Below are positions 37,497 to 47,590 of a stretch of DNA of 64,000 bases, piece after piece. The notes under the pieces were generated by a model. That model was not told where the DNA came from. It was given only the letters and a program-made list of their open reading frames with translations, and did not search any database. Made by a program: the position numbers and the translations under genes. Each line of letters begins with the position of its first letter. The stretch's first letter is position 1. Source of the DNA: a virus; IMG/VR virus record IMGVR_UViG_3300030493_000012, one strand, 5' to 3'.

Positions 37497-37955
37497 ATGT
37501 ACAATACCTTAATTGAAAACCCGCGCAAGATAGAGTTTAGAGTTTGGGAAATTGAAGATAGAAAGATGTTCTATTTACCATCACCAATGTATAGAGCAGA
37601 GGCTTATGAAAAATTTCTAATTACCTTGGACGGAAAAATCTTTTATTATGACAAAAAGAATAGGCTAGAGTCCGAACTCTTTATAGTTCAACAGTTTACC
37701 GGCCTTTTGGATAAAGAAAAAAACAAGATTTTCGAAGGTGACATTGTTCGTTTTGGTAAAAACAATAAATTCCCAATTGACCGAAGCGCCAGAATATTAG
37801 AAGGAATTGTGGAATGGGAGCCAGCCGGGGCTATGTTTGTCGTGGTTGTCTATAATAAAGAAGAAGATAATGTTGTTGAGGAAATCCATGAATTAAGACA
37901 GGCAGACAAGATTTATACTGTGGTTGGAAATGTATTTGAAGGCATCAAAATATGA
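37497..37955 (+). CDS. YopX-family protein 5
   Basis: IEFRVW...QQFTGLLD..KIFEGDIV...VVGNVFEG. Confidence 0.9.
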   Translation: MYNTLIENPRKIEFRVWEIEDRKMFYLPSPMYRAEAYEKFLITLDGKIFYYDKKNRLESELFIVQQFTGLLDKEKNKIFEGDIVRFGKNNKFPIDRSARILEGIVEWEPAGAMFVVVVYNKEEDNVVEEIHELRQADKIYTVVGNVFEGIKI

Positions 37956-38323
37956 AATTGTATATAGAAAAATCTCAGATAGATAAAAAACTTTGTATTC
38001 ATTGCGAACATTGCTCTGTTTATGCCGGAATTGGCGCGAAAGACAGGATAATGTGCGGTCTGTATAGAGATAAAATTGACAATTCTGAGATTTATTACGC
38101 ATGGCAAAGCAGGAGTCTTTTGGGAAAATGCGGAGGACGAAAATGGAAAGTTTCTTCTAATTTGGTAATTTGTGAGTCTAAAGAAAAAGCCGACCATCTT
38201 CGTTCGGAAGATTGGATTGAAGGATTTATGCCGTTCGCTAGAGAGGTTGTTAAGAATAATCAAAAGATTTCTATCACATGTGGCGGATTAGACTCTGCTA
38301 TTGAACGAGTTAGGAAGGAATAA
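37952..38323 (+). CDS. Hypothetical Cys-rich protein
   Basis: CIHCEHC...C...CG; ATGA overlap. Confidence 0.6.
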   Translation: MKLYIEKSQIDKKLCIHCEHCSVYAGIGAKDRIMCGLYRDKIDNSEIYYAWQSRSLLGKCGGRKWKVSSNLVICESKEKADHLRSEDWIEGFMPFAREVVKNNQKISITCGGLDSAIERVRKE

Positions 38324-38327
38324 AATT

Positions 38328-38576
38328 ATGGCCAACCCAATGTCTCACCGCTATTATACCACAGAAGAACTTCTTATGATGGAGAAGCAAAAGAATATCG
38401 AAAAGTCAGAAAAGTTAGTTGCGGCTTATGAAAAGATTATTGAGTTGCAAAACAAAATAAATGAATTAGCTTTTCCCACGCCTCAAATTAAAAGCAGCAA
38501 AACTGGATTTTATGAGACTTGGAAATCAGAAATATTTAGTCCGAAATTTAAAGCCACAGTAACAGAGGTTGATTAG
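38328..38576 (+). CDS. Hypothetical protein
   Basis: Likely start MANPMSH. Confidence 0.55.
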   Translation: MANPMSHRYYTTEELLMMEKQKNIEKSEKLVAAYEKIIELQNKINELAFPTPQIKSSKTGFYETWKSEIFSPKFKATVTEVD

Positions 38577-38579
38577 ATT

Positions 38580-38726
38580 ATGAGCTACGACATACTTGGT
38601 AAAGCCATAGATAAACTCCTTAAGGTTTGTGCTATATTACTTTTTATTTTTGTGCCGCTTGGACTTTGGAAAATAGTAGATATTGTAGTTTGGCTTTGGG
38701 ATAAATTTAGTATAACAATTAACTAA
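38580..38726 (+). CDS. Small membrane peptide (48 aa)
   Basis: ...LLFIFVPLGLWKIVDIVVWL; fills operon gap. Confidence 0.5.
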   Translation: MSYDILGKAIDKLLKVCAILLFIFVPLGLWKIVDIVVWLWDKFSITIN

Positions 38727-38727
38727 T

Positions 38728-39033
38728 ATGCACACAAAACACCATTCTTTATTCAAAGAGGTATTAGCAGAAAATGTCGTAAATTATCAATACAATATTA
38801 TTGAATTTGGAATATCGGAAGGCTATGATGAACGAAAGAGACCAGAATATATTTACAAATTAAAAACCTTTAATGGCGCATTTAAGAATGAAACAAAATC
38901 ATTTGAATTTAGATATTTTAGATATTTAGATAAAGATGAAATACAAAAGTTTGTTTTTAGGTCACTATCTGAGCAAGACAGTAATTTTGAGTTCAAAAAT
39001 GGCAAGTTCAATAAACGATTTATTTGTTATTAA
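38728..39033 (+). CDS. Hypothetical protein
   Basis: 101 aa in operon. Confidence 0.55.
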   Translation: MHTKHHSLFKEVLAENVVNYQYNIIEFGISEGYDERKRPEYIYKLKTFNGAFKNETKSFEFRYFRYLDKDEIQKFVFRSLSEQDSNFEFKNGKFNKRFICY

Positions 39034-39037
39034 AATT

Positions 39038-39265
39038 ATGTCCAACCCAGCCTATCCAAGAAATTTTAATGAATTAAATTATTTTGAAACTCAGGCTTGT
39101 GTTGAAAAGGCTGAGAAAGACGAATTGATTCTCAGATATAATAAAATAATTGCCGAGCTAACTGTCAAAAATGAAATTTTACAAAAAGAATTGGATGATT
39201 TAAAATTAAAACATAGAGTGGCTAAAAAATCAAAAGTTTTGGTAAAGGATATGCAACTAGACTAA
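39038..39265 (+). CDS. Small coiled-coil protein
   Basis: Likely start MSNPAYP. Confidence 0.5.
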   Translation: MSNPAYPRNFNELNYFETQACVEKAEKDELILRYNKIIAELTVKNEILQKELDDLKLKHRVAKKSKVLVKDMQLD

Positions 39266-39408
39266 TTCTGTGAACTTAATACTTATTATTATCTGTTTAG
39301 TTTTGATTAATGTTTTCAACGAAGATTAGTTTCTTGAATATTAAAACCTCGCGCTTAGAATTTCAAACATAAAATAACTCAATTAGAATTTAATTTCAAA
39401 AGAAAAAT

Positions 39409-39660
39409 ATGAAACACTGGACAACCAAAGAATTTATTCTGTTTAGCGACAAAAATTTCAGCCTCCAAATTAATCAAAAACTGGAATGCAAAATTATCAA
39501 CAATAATGATTGTATTTACGATGGTGTTGACATTGACCTTCTTATAGATAGTCTTAACGCCGAAATTAACAAAAAAATCGAACTTAGAAATAAAATCGAA
39601 AAATGTGGAAGCATTATTCGTGAAAAGTTAAGAAATAAAACTTTTGTGTTTATCGAGTGA
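39409..39660 (+). CDS. Hypothetical protein
   Basis: 83 aa. Confidence 0.5.
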   Translation: MKHWTTKEFILFSDKNFSLQINQKLECKIINNNDCIYDGVDIDLLIDSLNAEINKKIELRNKIEKCGSIIREKLRNKTFVFIE

Positions 39661-40785
39661 CTCCAATTTTCTAGAATATAACGTTTAAGTATTAAAACCT
39701 GTTTATTATGTTAAAGATATAAAGCCTAATAAACTAGGTAATTGTATTGTGCAGTGGCGATTTATTATTTTCGGAACATTCGGTTTTGGAATTTTCGGCC
39801 ATTTTTATCAAGCCAATTTTGTGGCTAAGCTAAATAATCTGTTTAGTTTTCTTTTGAAAAAGGCAGCTTCGCCAGTTTTTTGATATTCATTGATATTAAT
39901 AGTTATCAAAACACAAGGCCGAACACAACAATTGATGTTGGTTGATAAATTTATTTTCGGAACTTTAATTTTCGAGCTAAATCTTCTATTTTTTAAAAAC
40001 ACACAAATAACATAGAGACTCAGAATACATAGACTGAATAAACAAAGATAGAGTATTTTCGGAACTATTTTAATTTTAATTAAGTGGCGGATTTTTTCAG
40101 ATGAACAAAATGGAGATAAAGACAAGGCATAAAAGATATATTGAAGAATAGATTAAATAAAGCATTTTCGTATGTTTAGTTAATTATGGTTAATTTTCGA
40201 TTTTTTAGAATTAAGGAATACAACGAAGACATAGAATGTTTACAAAGAAACAAGCAATATAAAAAAGCATTGGATTGATTAAATACCTGTAGATAAACAT
40301 AAAGATATAGAACATTTTCGTATGTTTTTAGGTTGGTATTTTAAATCGGAGAATTGTAGAGGCCACTGCGGCCAAAAAAATTTGGATAAGTTTTTTTTAT
40401 TCGCAAAATCATGGGGTCTAATACTTGAAAAAATATTCCGAAAATATCAAAGGCAGGTCTTACTTGGCATGATTCTAGAATCAATAAACCTTTATACTGT
40501 CATTAGCTTATCTAAATACTTCATTGTTTTTCTAACTATCTTCTATGTTTTTCAAAGTTGGCACACTTTTAAATCGTTTTTAAGGCCAGTCTAATGGTAA
40601 AAATTTTTTGTTCTCAATTGTGAGCAAATGCTTGATATATAGCAACTTACAACACAAAACCAAAATTGCCCGCTATGGTTACTCTAATGGGCTGTTTTTT
40701 GCGGCAAATTCAATCCTAGAGAGTTTTGAGAATAAGTCTCAATAGAATGACGACTTGTTTAATCGTGATTCAATCTAACCAAAGC
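39661..40785. other. Long AT-rich non-coding region where plus and minus gene blocks converge
   Basis: No credible ORF; CATTTTCGTATGTTT repeated at 40163 and 40313. Confidence 0.55.
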
Positions 40786-40812
40786 AAAAAAACCCCCGCT
40801 TGTTGAGCGGGG
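40786..40812 (-). terminator. Intrinsic terminator
   Basis: CCCCGC-TCAACAA-GCGGGG plus T-run. Confidence 0.85.
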
Positions 40813-40831
40813 TGTTGTGTGGATTGATTGC

Positions 40832-41218
40832 CTAGGCTTGCGCTTGCGCGTCTCTTGTGGCCATTGCTTCGCCCATTGCCATGATTGGACAGTTATCAAG
40901 TAAGCTGGTATCGTTGTCAGCTTGCCCCATCTTATAGGTGAATGAATACTTGCCATTGGCCCCAACGGCAACCCGACAAGCCCGCTCGCTATCCTGCCCA
41001 AGGTAAAGCCCTTTTTGAATGCCGATAGCGTCAAGCAAATCAGAAGCTTTAATGCAAGCCGCGATGGCGGGAGCAGCATCACGGCGAATAGACGCAAGCA
41101 ATGCGTGATTGGCTTGGCAAGCTTGGTTAGACTCCAAGCGTTTAGCCCACGTTGCTCCTCTGCGATTGAAGATAGCCCGCCCGGTTTTTTGAGTAAGGAT
41201 TTTTTCGAGTTTATTCAT
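40832..41218 (-). CDS. Hypothetical protein
   Basis: Likely start MNKLEKIL. Confidence 0.6.
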   Translation of the reverse strand: MNKLEKILTQKTGRAIFNRRGATWAKRLESNQACQANHALLASIRRDAAPAIAACIKASDLLDAIGIQKGLYLGQDSERACRVAVGANGKYSFTYKMGQADNDTSLLDNCPIMAMGEAMATRDAQAQA

Positions 41219-41259
41219 TGTATTAGTTAATTTAATGTTGTGGTTTTTTGTTACGAAAA

Positions 41260-41418
41260 TTAACCAACTAATTCCCAAACGCGGTTTGCCCTGTCTTGGG
41301 CCGCAAAATACTTATCGTTGTTTGCGCTGTCATTGCCCTCCCAAAACATGGTGGTTAGCTTGTAAAGGTTAGATGCGATTGCTTGCAATTTGCGGGCCAA
41401 TTCTAGGTTTTTGTTCAT
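41260..41418 (-). CDS. Small hypothetical protein (52 aa)
   Basis: MNKNLELARKLQAIAS...; TTGACG promoter upstream. Confidence 0.5.
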   Translation of the reverse strand: MNKNLELARKLQAIASNLYKLTTMFWEGNDSANNDKYFAAQDRANRVWELVG

Positions 41419-41568
41419 AATGTTTTTAATGTTTAATTGTTTAATTTAACAAGGTGAATCTAACACAATCCTTTAATCCGTCAATATCTTTTTTAATCTT
41501 TTTTTCGATTATAGTTTTCCTAATATTCCGAAAAGCTTTTCCTAATAATCCTAATCTGCGAAAGCAAT

Positions 41569-41592
41569 AAAAAACCTAGGTTTTACCCTAGG
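41569..41592 (-). terminator. Intrinsic terminator
   Basis: CCTAGG-GTAAAA-CCTAGG plus T-run. Confidence 0.75.
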
Positions 41593-41621
41593 CTGTTCTG
41601 TAATTGTTTTTAATGCTTTGT

Positions 41622-42071
41622 TTAGCCAACGCTAATAATGCTTTGATCTTTTACCGTGAAACATTCGGGGGAATCTTCACTTGTGCGGAATTCGCTTGCA
41701 AGGCAAAGAGCTTGCGCGGTTTCCTTGGTGCAAGGCAATCCATCGCAGTAATATTCAACCGATGGGCGCAAATTTTCAAAGCTGGCCGGATATAATCTGA
41801 CATAATCATTCCCATTATGCCCGATAATATAGGGGTAGTTAATCCAATTACCCCAAGGCAAAGATTGAACCGGCCCACGTTCCCCGGACTCAATACCTTG
41901 TTTGACTGTCCCAAGATTGGCAAAGTTAATCCCCGCCCGAACATAGGCGCAAGTCCTTTTGACTACGCTATTTGAGACTCCTTTGCGAGTCTTAAGCGGG
42001 CGCGCCCATGTAACGGGTAAATGCTGGCCATTATGATTTTTGAGCCTATTAATTATGTCAATGGGTTGCAT
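41622..42071 (-). CDS. Conserved-type phage hypothetical protein
   Basis: 149 aa, LPWGNW..YPYII.H. Confidence 0.65.
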   Translation of the reverse strand: MQPIDIINRLKNHNGQHLPVTWARPLKTRKGVSNSVVKRTCAYVRAGINFANLGTVKQGIESGERGPVQSLPWGNWINYPYIIGHNGNDYVRLYPASFENLRPSVEYYCDGLPCTKETAQALCLASEFRTSEDSPECFTVKDQSIISVG

Positions 42072-42105
42072 GATTTTGTTTTATTTGTTGTTTTCCGAAA
42101 ATGGT

Positions 42106-42300
42106 TTATTCGTGAATGCCGATAGAATACTGATTAAACGGCAAATTGCAGTTTTCCCATGCTTGGATTTGAATAAGTTTTCCAAAGCAATTGTCGTTTG
42201 AAAAGGCTAATTTTTTACCTTGCAATTGGCTGGCGCGGTTTTTGAGACTGGCAATTGATTGTTTTGCCTTATTGACTACTGAAATTTGTTTTGTACTCAT
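42106..42300 (-). CDS. Hypothetical protein
   Basis: 64 aa. Confidence 0.5.
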   Translation of the reverse strand: MSTKQISVVNKAKQSIASLKNRASQLQGKKLAFSNDNCFGKLIQIQAWENCNLPFNQYSIGIHE

Positions 42301-42393
42301 AAAATTTTGTTTCTTACTGTATTCACTTTGTATTATTTAAACCTAGAATGCAAGCTCTATTTTGGACTATTTAGGCGAAAGCAATTTTCTCAA

Positions 42394-42684
42394 TTATGAG
42401 AATAAATCAAAGGTTACATTTTCAACCTTGCAATCCCAATAATCAGACAAAATAGCTTCTGCCCGCGAAAACCACAATTCCTTATTAAAGTTAATATCAT
42501 TATCCGTCAAATCCAAATTTTGAGACTGGCCAAAAATCTCGACTTTGCCAAAATCATTCAAATTGCCCGTAACATTCACGCCAGCCATATTACAATAGGT
42601 TGAATTGCACCCAAGCAACATTGCGCTTGAATCATCTATTTGAACCAAAGGTTTTCCGCAAGCTTTACAAATTAAATTTTTCAT
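42394..42684 (-). CDS. Hypothetical zinc-binding protein
   Basis: CKACG...C...C; TTGCCA-17-TAAGGT-6-ATG. Confidence 0.65.
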   Translation of the reverse strand: MKNLICKACGKPLVQIDDSSAMLLGCNSTYCNMAGVNVTGNLNDFGKVEIFGQSQNLDLTDNDINFNKELWFSRAEAILSDYWDCKVENVTFDLFS

Positions 42685-42920
42685 AATTTCACCTTAAACT
42701 TTTCAAACTATCATGGCAAGGTTTATTTTAGACTATTTTTTCTCAAATTTGAGAATTAACCACAAAATCAAACTCCACTAAGTTTTTGGCCTAGTGGAGT
42801 ATCACATATATTTGACTAAATGGGCGGGCTTTTGTTTTCGTGCATATATATTTAGGCTTATTGATTTGAAAATCCGATTATTAAGGCTAGAGCAACAAAA
42901 ATCAATATCATATTTCTAGC

Positions 42921-43364
42921 CTAGGCCAAACCCGCGTTATTGTCAATCTTGTTTTGCTCAAAAATTCGGGCTTCGTTGCAAGCTGCCTTGTAAGCTTCAC
43001 AAACAAGCATAAAATCGTCAAAATTGACTTTAATCCCATAATCATCTAATGAAGCCCATGCACCGTCAAAATCATCGCCAAGCATTTTAATGCTTTCCAA
43101 GGCTAACACCCGGTTTTTGAGACTGAAATTATCATGCAAAGCTTTCCGCCATGCCGCGAATGCTGGCATCGTTGCAAGCTTTTCAGCATATTTTGCCTTG
43201 CATTTTTCAAAGTGTGCTTTCGGGTCAATTCCCGGTTTGACTTTGCCCCAAACTTTCCATCCGTGCCCGTAGTTTTTCAGGATTTTTCCATCCGCGCAGT
43301 AGCAAACTTTGTGTGTCAAACGTTCAATTTGCCCCAATTCACCATGCTTATAGATTGTTGCCAT
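42921..43364 (-). CDS. Hypothetical protein
   Basis: 147 aa; TTGACA-17-TAGTGT promoter. Confidence 0.65.
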   Translation of the reverse strand: MATIYKHGELGQIERLTHKVCYCADGKILKNYGHGWKVWGKVKPGIDPKAHFEKCKAKYAEKLATMPAFAAWRKALHDNFSLKNRVLALESIKMLGDDFDGAWASLDDYGIKVNFDDFMLVCEAYKAACNEARIFEQNKIDNNAGLA

Positions 43365-43439
43365 AATTTTTTATTTAATTTATTGTTTGCCTAACATCTA
43401 CACACTAAACTTTTGTGCTTGGTTTGTCAATATCCAAAA

Positions 43440-43724
43440 TCAGGAAAAATAAGCAACAATTTCCCAACGTCCACTGGACATTTTATACCAAACAAATTCA
43501 AGATATACCTTGCCAAGCAAAGTTTGAATTTCCCAATTTTTCCGCCCCTCATTGCCAACAAAACCAAACAAGGTTAAAGAATCATCATTCAAGGGAATAT
43601 GGTTATCAGCCAAAACTTGAACAATACCATTAAAAGACTGCCCCAAAGTCTCAAAGTAATTGTTTGTTGTGGTAAAAGGAGCAATTTCCTTATTGAGTTT
43701 TTTAACTAAAGCGTTTTTGGTCAT
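43440..43724 (-). CDS. Hypothetical protein
   Basis: Likely start MTKNALV; ends SGRWEIVAYFS. Confidence 0.6.
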   Translation of the reverse strand: MTKNALVKKLNKEIAPFTTTNNYFETLGQSFNGIVQVLADNHIPLNDDSLTLFGFVGNEGRKNWEIQTLLGKVYLEFVWYKMSSGRWEIVAYFS

Positions 43725-43780
43725 AATTTTTTGTTTTTTTTCTGTCAACCTATTCGCCTTAAATTTTTTTAACTAAGCTG

Positions 43781-44134
43781 TCAATGGCAAAGATTAAAAT
43801 TTTTGAACCAAGCAAACTGTAATTTCCTCGCCTCAATTTCATGTGGCCGATTGACATAAGGCATTAAACATTCTTTACCATACCAAAACTCTTTTCCTTT
43901 ATGTATTTGCAACTTGCCCTTTAAAATTTGCAAACAATGAATATATTCATGGGCTAAGCCTATTATTTGGCTGTCTAATACTCTGCATATATTTACCCTA
44001 ATGCTTTTAGGCTGGCCGTTTTGCAAAACTAATTCTGCCACTGTACTATTTAAACTCCAATCTTTGAAAAACTCTATGGCTAAAGGCTTAATGCCAGCTT
44101 TTCGCGCAAAGTATTTGTTTGCCCTTGCCAGCAT
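43781..44134 (-). CDS. Putative HExxH metallopeptidase-like protein
   Basis: LAHEYIHCLQ...PHEIEA. Confidence 0.6.
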   Translation of the reverse strand: MLARANKYFARKAGIKPLAIEFFKDWSLNSTVAELVLQNGQPKSIRVNICRVLDSQIIGLAHEYIHCLQILKGKLQIHKGKEFWYGKECLMPYVNRPHEIEARKLQFAWFKNFNLCH

Positions 44135-44135
44135 A

Positions 44136-44219
44136 TTAAAACAAGGCTAATGCCAAAAACAAAACAGCGACAACAAAACAGCCAATTACATCCAAAGTTA
44201 TTTCAAAGTTATGTTTCAT
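44136..44219 (-). CDS. 27-aa membrane peptide
   Basis: MKHNFEITLDVIGCFVVAVLFLALALF; TTTACT-17-TATTGT-6-ATG; stop 1 nt before next ATG. Confidence 0.5.
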   Translation of the reverse strand: MKHNFEITLDVIGCFVVAVLFLALALF

Positions 44220-44311
44220 TTATTGACAATAAACTTATTTAGCCTAAAAGTAAAGAATTATTTGAATTTATTTAGCGAGAGCAATTCTCAATTTTGAGAA
44301 TTATAGACAAC

Positions 44312-44338
44312 AAAAAGCCCAGCTTATTAGGCCGGGCT
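44312..44338 (-). terminator. Probable intrinsic terminator (possibly bidirectional)
   Basis: AGCCC...GGGCT flanked by A and T runs. Confidence 0.55.
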
Positions 44339-44353
44339 GATTTTTTGGTTTAT

Positions 44354-44512
44354 TTAGCTAACATTGCAAGCGGCATAAAACCGCGCAAAGTCGAATCGCG
44401 GATTAGCCTTTTTACAGGTTTCCGCCGTCAATTCTGCCTGTTTTCGGCGCTCTGCCTTATCGGCAATCTTGCTAATGTTTTCCGCAAAGAGTTTGAAGTG
44501 TTTTTTTGTCAT
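44354..44512 (-). CDS. Small conserved phage protein (MTKKHF...NPRFD..RF type)
   Basis: 52 aa, below track cutoff. Confidence 0.65.
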   Translation of the reverse strand: MTKKHFKLFAENISKIADKAERRKQAELTAETCKKANPRFDFARFYAACNVS

Positions 44513-44609
44513 TTTTTTATTATTGTTAAAGGTTTCTTATTACTTTTTTACTCTAAATTATTTATGCTTGGTTGTAAAGCTTTTATTTGGATTATTTCAG
44601 CGAGAGCAA

Positions 44610-45188
44610 TTAATCCATCCGGCTATCAGTATAAGCATTAATCCCGTATTTTGAAAGCACGGCGCAAAAGGCATTACAATATTTCTCTTTGCGGTCTAAG
44701 CTTTGGTTAAAATCATGGCAGGGAAAGGCCCAACCGCCATAATAGTTTTTATAACCCATTTTGTTGGCTTTCAACCATTTAGCAAAGCCAGAATTTCCCG
44801 GCTTGATAACAGCATTCGCGAATCCGCAACATCCTTCATTGACAACCCAACTTTGGACAACCGGGCTTGAATCATCCAAGGGATTGGCATGACCTTGAAC
44901 AACCATTGGGACTGGCTTGGACGCATTGCCAGCGGCTAGGCCAGCGGCATGGGCCTCATTGAATACCTTTTGATAATCAAGTTTAACGGTCAAAGTTTTG
45001 CCATTTGACTTGTCAATCCCGCCAAGCGCAATCAATTCATTTTTGACCGTAACCGGGTCATTTTGAGCGCGGGTTATAAAACCGCTGGCTTGGCCCTTGG
45101 TTAGCGTCAATTTTCTGACATCCGTTTTTGTGGCCAAATAAAGAGCAAAACTTTGGCGTGGCGTCATGTTTTCGATTGTATCAATCAT
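44610..45188 (-). CDS. Conserved-type phage hypothetical protein
   Basis: EGCCGFA...NQSLDRKE.Y..AF..VL...GI.A...SRMD. Confidence 0.7.
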   Translation of the reverse strand: MIDTIENMTPRQSFALYLATKTDVRKLTLTKGQASGFITRAQNDPVTVKNELIALGGIDKSNGKTLTVKLDYQKVFNEAHAAGLAAGNASKPVPMVVQGHANPLDDSSPVVQSWVVNEGCCGFANAVIKPGNSGFAKWLKANKMGYKNYYGGWAFPCHDFNQSLDRKEKYCNAFCAVLSKYGINAYTDSRMD

Positions 45189-45453
45189 TTTTTTGTTTTG
45201 TTAATTGTTTGCCTAACGATTTAACCTTAGTTTTTTGCGCCTAATCTGTCAATTCTAATTTTCAAGATTTTTCAGCAAGTTTTTGATGTCAATCCCAAGA
45301 CAATACAAAGAGACTTTAGCCCGCTCTTTGTTGTCGCTATTGACGCAAGATTTTAAAGTTTCAAACTCAATTCTGGCATTTTCCAGAATTTGCATAAAAA
45401 TAAGGTTATCTTTCATAATTTAAACTCTATTCTTTTTAACCTTGTTTGTCAAT

Positions 45454-45798
45454 CTAAACTTTGGAATATTTGCTTTCGTCCAAAGTAAGATGATTGTCAG
45501 TTTTGTCATTCAACCACAAAGTTTTGACAATTGCGCGATTGCCATCAGGAATCAAAGCCAGTGAAATATCTTTAGTCTCATTGTAAGACTGGCGGATAAC
45601 AACTTTCGCAACACTTTGCCCCAAAATTTCACATTCAACCACATTTTGCGCTGTTATGTCAATTTCCAGAGGGGGCTTAACTTTGCCGTATCTGTCATTC
45701 AGACAAGCTTGCAAACTATGCATGGTAAACTTGCAAACATAATGGCCCAAAGCTTTATTGACCGTGACTGGCAAACCGATTTGTTTATGATATAACAT
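45454..45798 (-). CDS. Hypothetical protein
   Basis: 114 aa, ends KTLWLNDKTDNH.TLD.SKY. Confidence 0.65.
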   Translation of the reverse strand: MLYHKQIGLPVTVNKALGHYVCKFTMHSLQACLNDRYGKVKPPLEIDITAQNVVECEILGQSVAKVVIRQSYNETKDISLALIPDGNRAIVKTLWLNDKTDNHLTLDESKYSKV

Positions 45799-46087
45799 AA
45801 TTTGTTTTTTTGTTATATCTAAACTTAGGCTAATTTGTTTTAATTGTCAACTTTTTATTCAAACTATTTTTGATGATTAGTTAGCGCCAACAATAAAGCC
45901 ATTGTTATAAAGATTATTAGCATAATTTATAGGCCGGAAAAGTAGTGGCGGCAGCAAAAACAAAAGTTTTACCTTGGCTAGGAACATTAGGAACCGCCGA
46001 TTGCCAGTCAAAACAATCTTTTATTTACGGGCTAATATTTGTAACCAAGGCATGGTTTTCTCATTTCTGAGAATATACCATTTGAAA

Positions 46088-46306
46088 TTATTTAATTGCT
46101 CTCGCTGTATTATTCTCAATAAACCAGTCTGGCACATTGCTAGTTTGGAATTCCAAGTGTGTATTTTTGTAGATTAGCCCAAAGCTTGCATGATTTTTGT
46201 TGGCAAACCAAATTTCTGGCTTGTTATCTTCATTAAGCAAAATGTGTTGCCCGTTGCCAATGTAACAATTGTATTTGTAGCCAGCCTGTTTTAATGTTTG
46301 CTTCAT
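46088..46306 (-). CDS. Hypothetical protein (leaderless geometry)
   Basis: TTGACA-17-TAGGCT-6-ATG. Confidence 0.65.
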   Translation of the reverse strand: MKQTLKQAGYKYNCYIGNGQHILLNEDNKPEIWFANKNHASFGLIYKNTHLEFQTSNVPDWFIENNTARAIK

Positions 46307-46721
46307 AGTTTTAGCCTAACTTTTCAGAACAAAAATGTCAACCTAGTTTTTGGGTAAACTTTCCAAATACTTCATTGCCCCGTTGTAAGTGTTTTGCGCC
46401 TGTTTTTCCTCGCCATTAAAACAAGGATAATAGTCACAATAACCGGCCTTGCGAGCTTTGTCAATTTGCTCGTTTTGCTCTTTTGTCAGTGATTCAAAGT
46501 TTGTTTCCATATTTTTAGTTTGTATTTTTTAGCACGGTTTGTCAAATAAAATTAGTCTAAATCTTTTTTCCAATTATTTCGGTCTAATTTGGAACCTTTA
46601 CCCCTTTTAGGCTTAACCATTCTGGTTTTAAATTCTTGCATGTTGCGCCGGATTTTCCGAAAATTTTCTTTGTAATTGTGCATAATTTTAGTTTTAATTA
46701 TTTATACACAAAAAGCAATCT

Positions 46722-46955
46722 CTATTTGAAACAATTAGGGCAGCGATAATCTAAACGGCCATTAACAGCCCAACCAATTGGCGGTTGAATGAATTTATTC
46801 TTTAAACACTTTTCAATTTCGCCATTAAAATCATCAAGCGTCATTTTGCCAGTATTAGTGCAAATTGTGGTTGAACTATAAGCTTGAGCGCCACACTTTT
46901 TGCAAGTAACCACTGGGCAAACCTTTATTTCGGCGCTAATTAATGTTTGAATCAT
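46722..46955 (-). CDS. Small zinc-binding protein
   Basis: CKKCG...CPNC; promoter adjacent. Confidence 0.6.
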   Translation of the reverse strand: MIQTLISAEIKVCPVVTCKKCGAQAYSSTTICTNTGKMTLDDFNGEIEKCLKNKFIQPPIGWAVNGRLDYRCPNCFK

Positions 46956-46986
46956 ATTTTTAGTTTTAATTTTTGCGCCTCAAATG

Positions 46987-47175
46987 TCAAACTTTATTAT
47001 AAGTAATTCGCCCTGTATATTCAAGCAAATTAACCATTAGCTTGCAAATCAAAATCCCAAGCAACACCCCATCACCAAAATTCAAATCCGAAATCACAAA
47101 CCAAGCTTTCCAGCCAAGGTAAAGAGAAACATAAAAATGCCAATATGCAAAAATTACTCTGTCAAGTGTGTCCAT
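46987..47175 (-). CDS. Small membrane protein
   Basis: Hydrophobic; TTGTAT-17-AAATAT-6-ATG. Confidence 0.55.
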   Translation of the reverse strand: MDTLDRVIFAYWHFYVSLYLGWKAWFVISDLNFGDGVLLGILICKLMVNLLEYTGRITYNKV

Positions 47176-47363
47176 AATTCTATATTTGGTTATTTAGTCC
47201 GAAAATACAAGTTCTAATTTGGTTTATTTTAGCGAGAGCAATTAGCGACAGCCAAAAATTAAAAACAGAGTTTTGTTTTAGCTTTGTATCTCTGTTAATG
47301 CTTAACGATAACCCGGACTTTGTAAGTCTTATTACCGTCCAATTTAGGTTTGCAGCCTAAAAA

Positions 47364-47552
47364 TTAATTATCAATTGGTTGAAAAACCGTCCCGGCTGGC
47401 AACCTACTAATGTGCCTTAATCCATCATGCTCTCGGCGTTTGTTATAATACCATAACGCCTCATCTTCTTTTGTTTCCATTGGTTTATCAGAAACAATTT
47501 CTGAACATGACGACATCCAATCGGTGAGAGGAAAAATTACTTTGTATTTCAT
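47364..47552 (-). CDS. Hypothetical protein
   Basis: TTGACA-17-TAAATT-6-ATG. Confidence 0.65.
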   Translation of the reverse strand: MKYKVIFPLTDWMSSCSEIVSDKPMETKEDEALWYYNKRREHDGLRHISRLPAGTVFQPIDN

Positions 47553-47590
47553 GTTTTAAATTTAAACTATTTTATTTACTTTGTCAATCT

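Noticed and set aside
39808-40594. ORFs 39808-40125 (-) and 40322-40594 (+)
   Set aside because: Low-complexity AT-rich translations with no start context; treated as non-coding.
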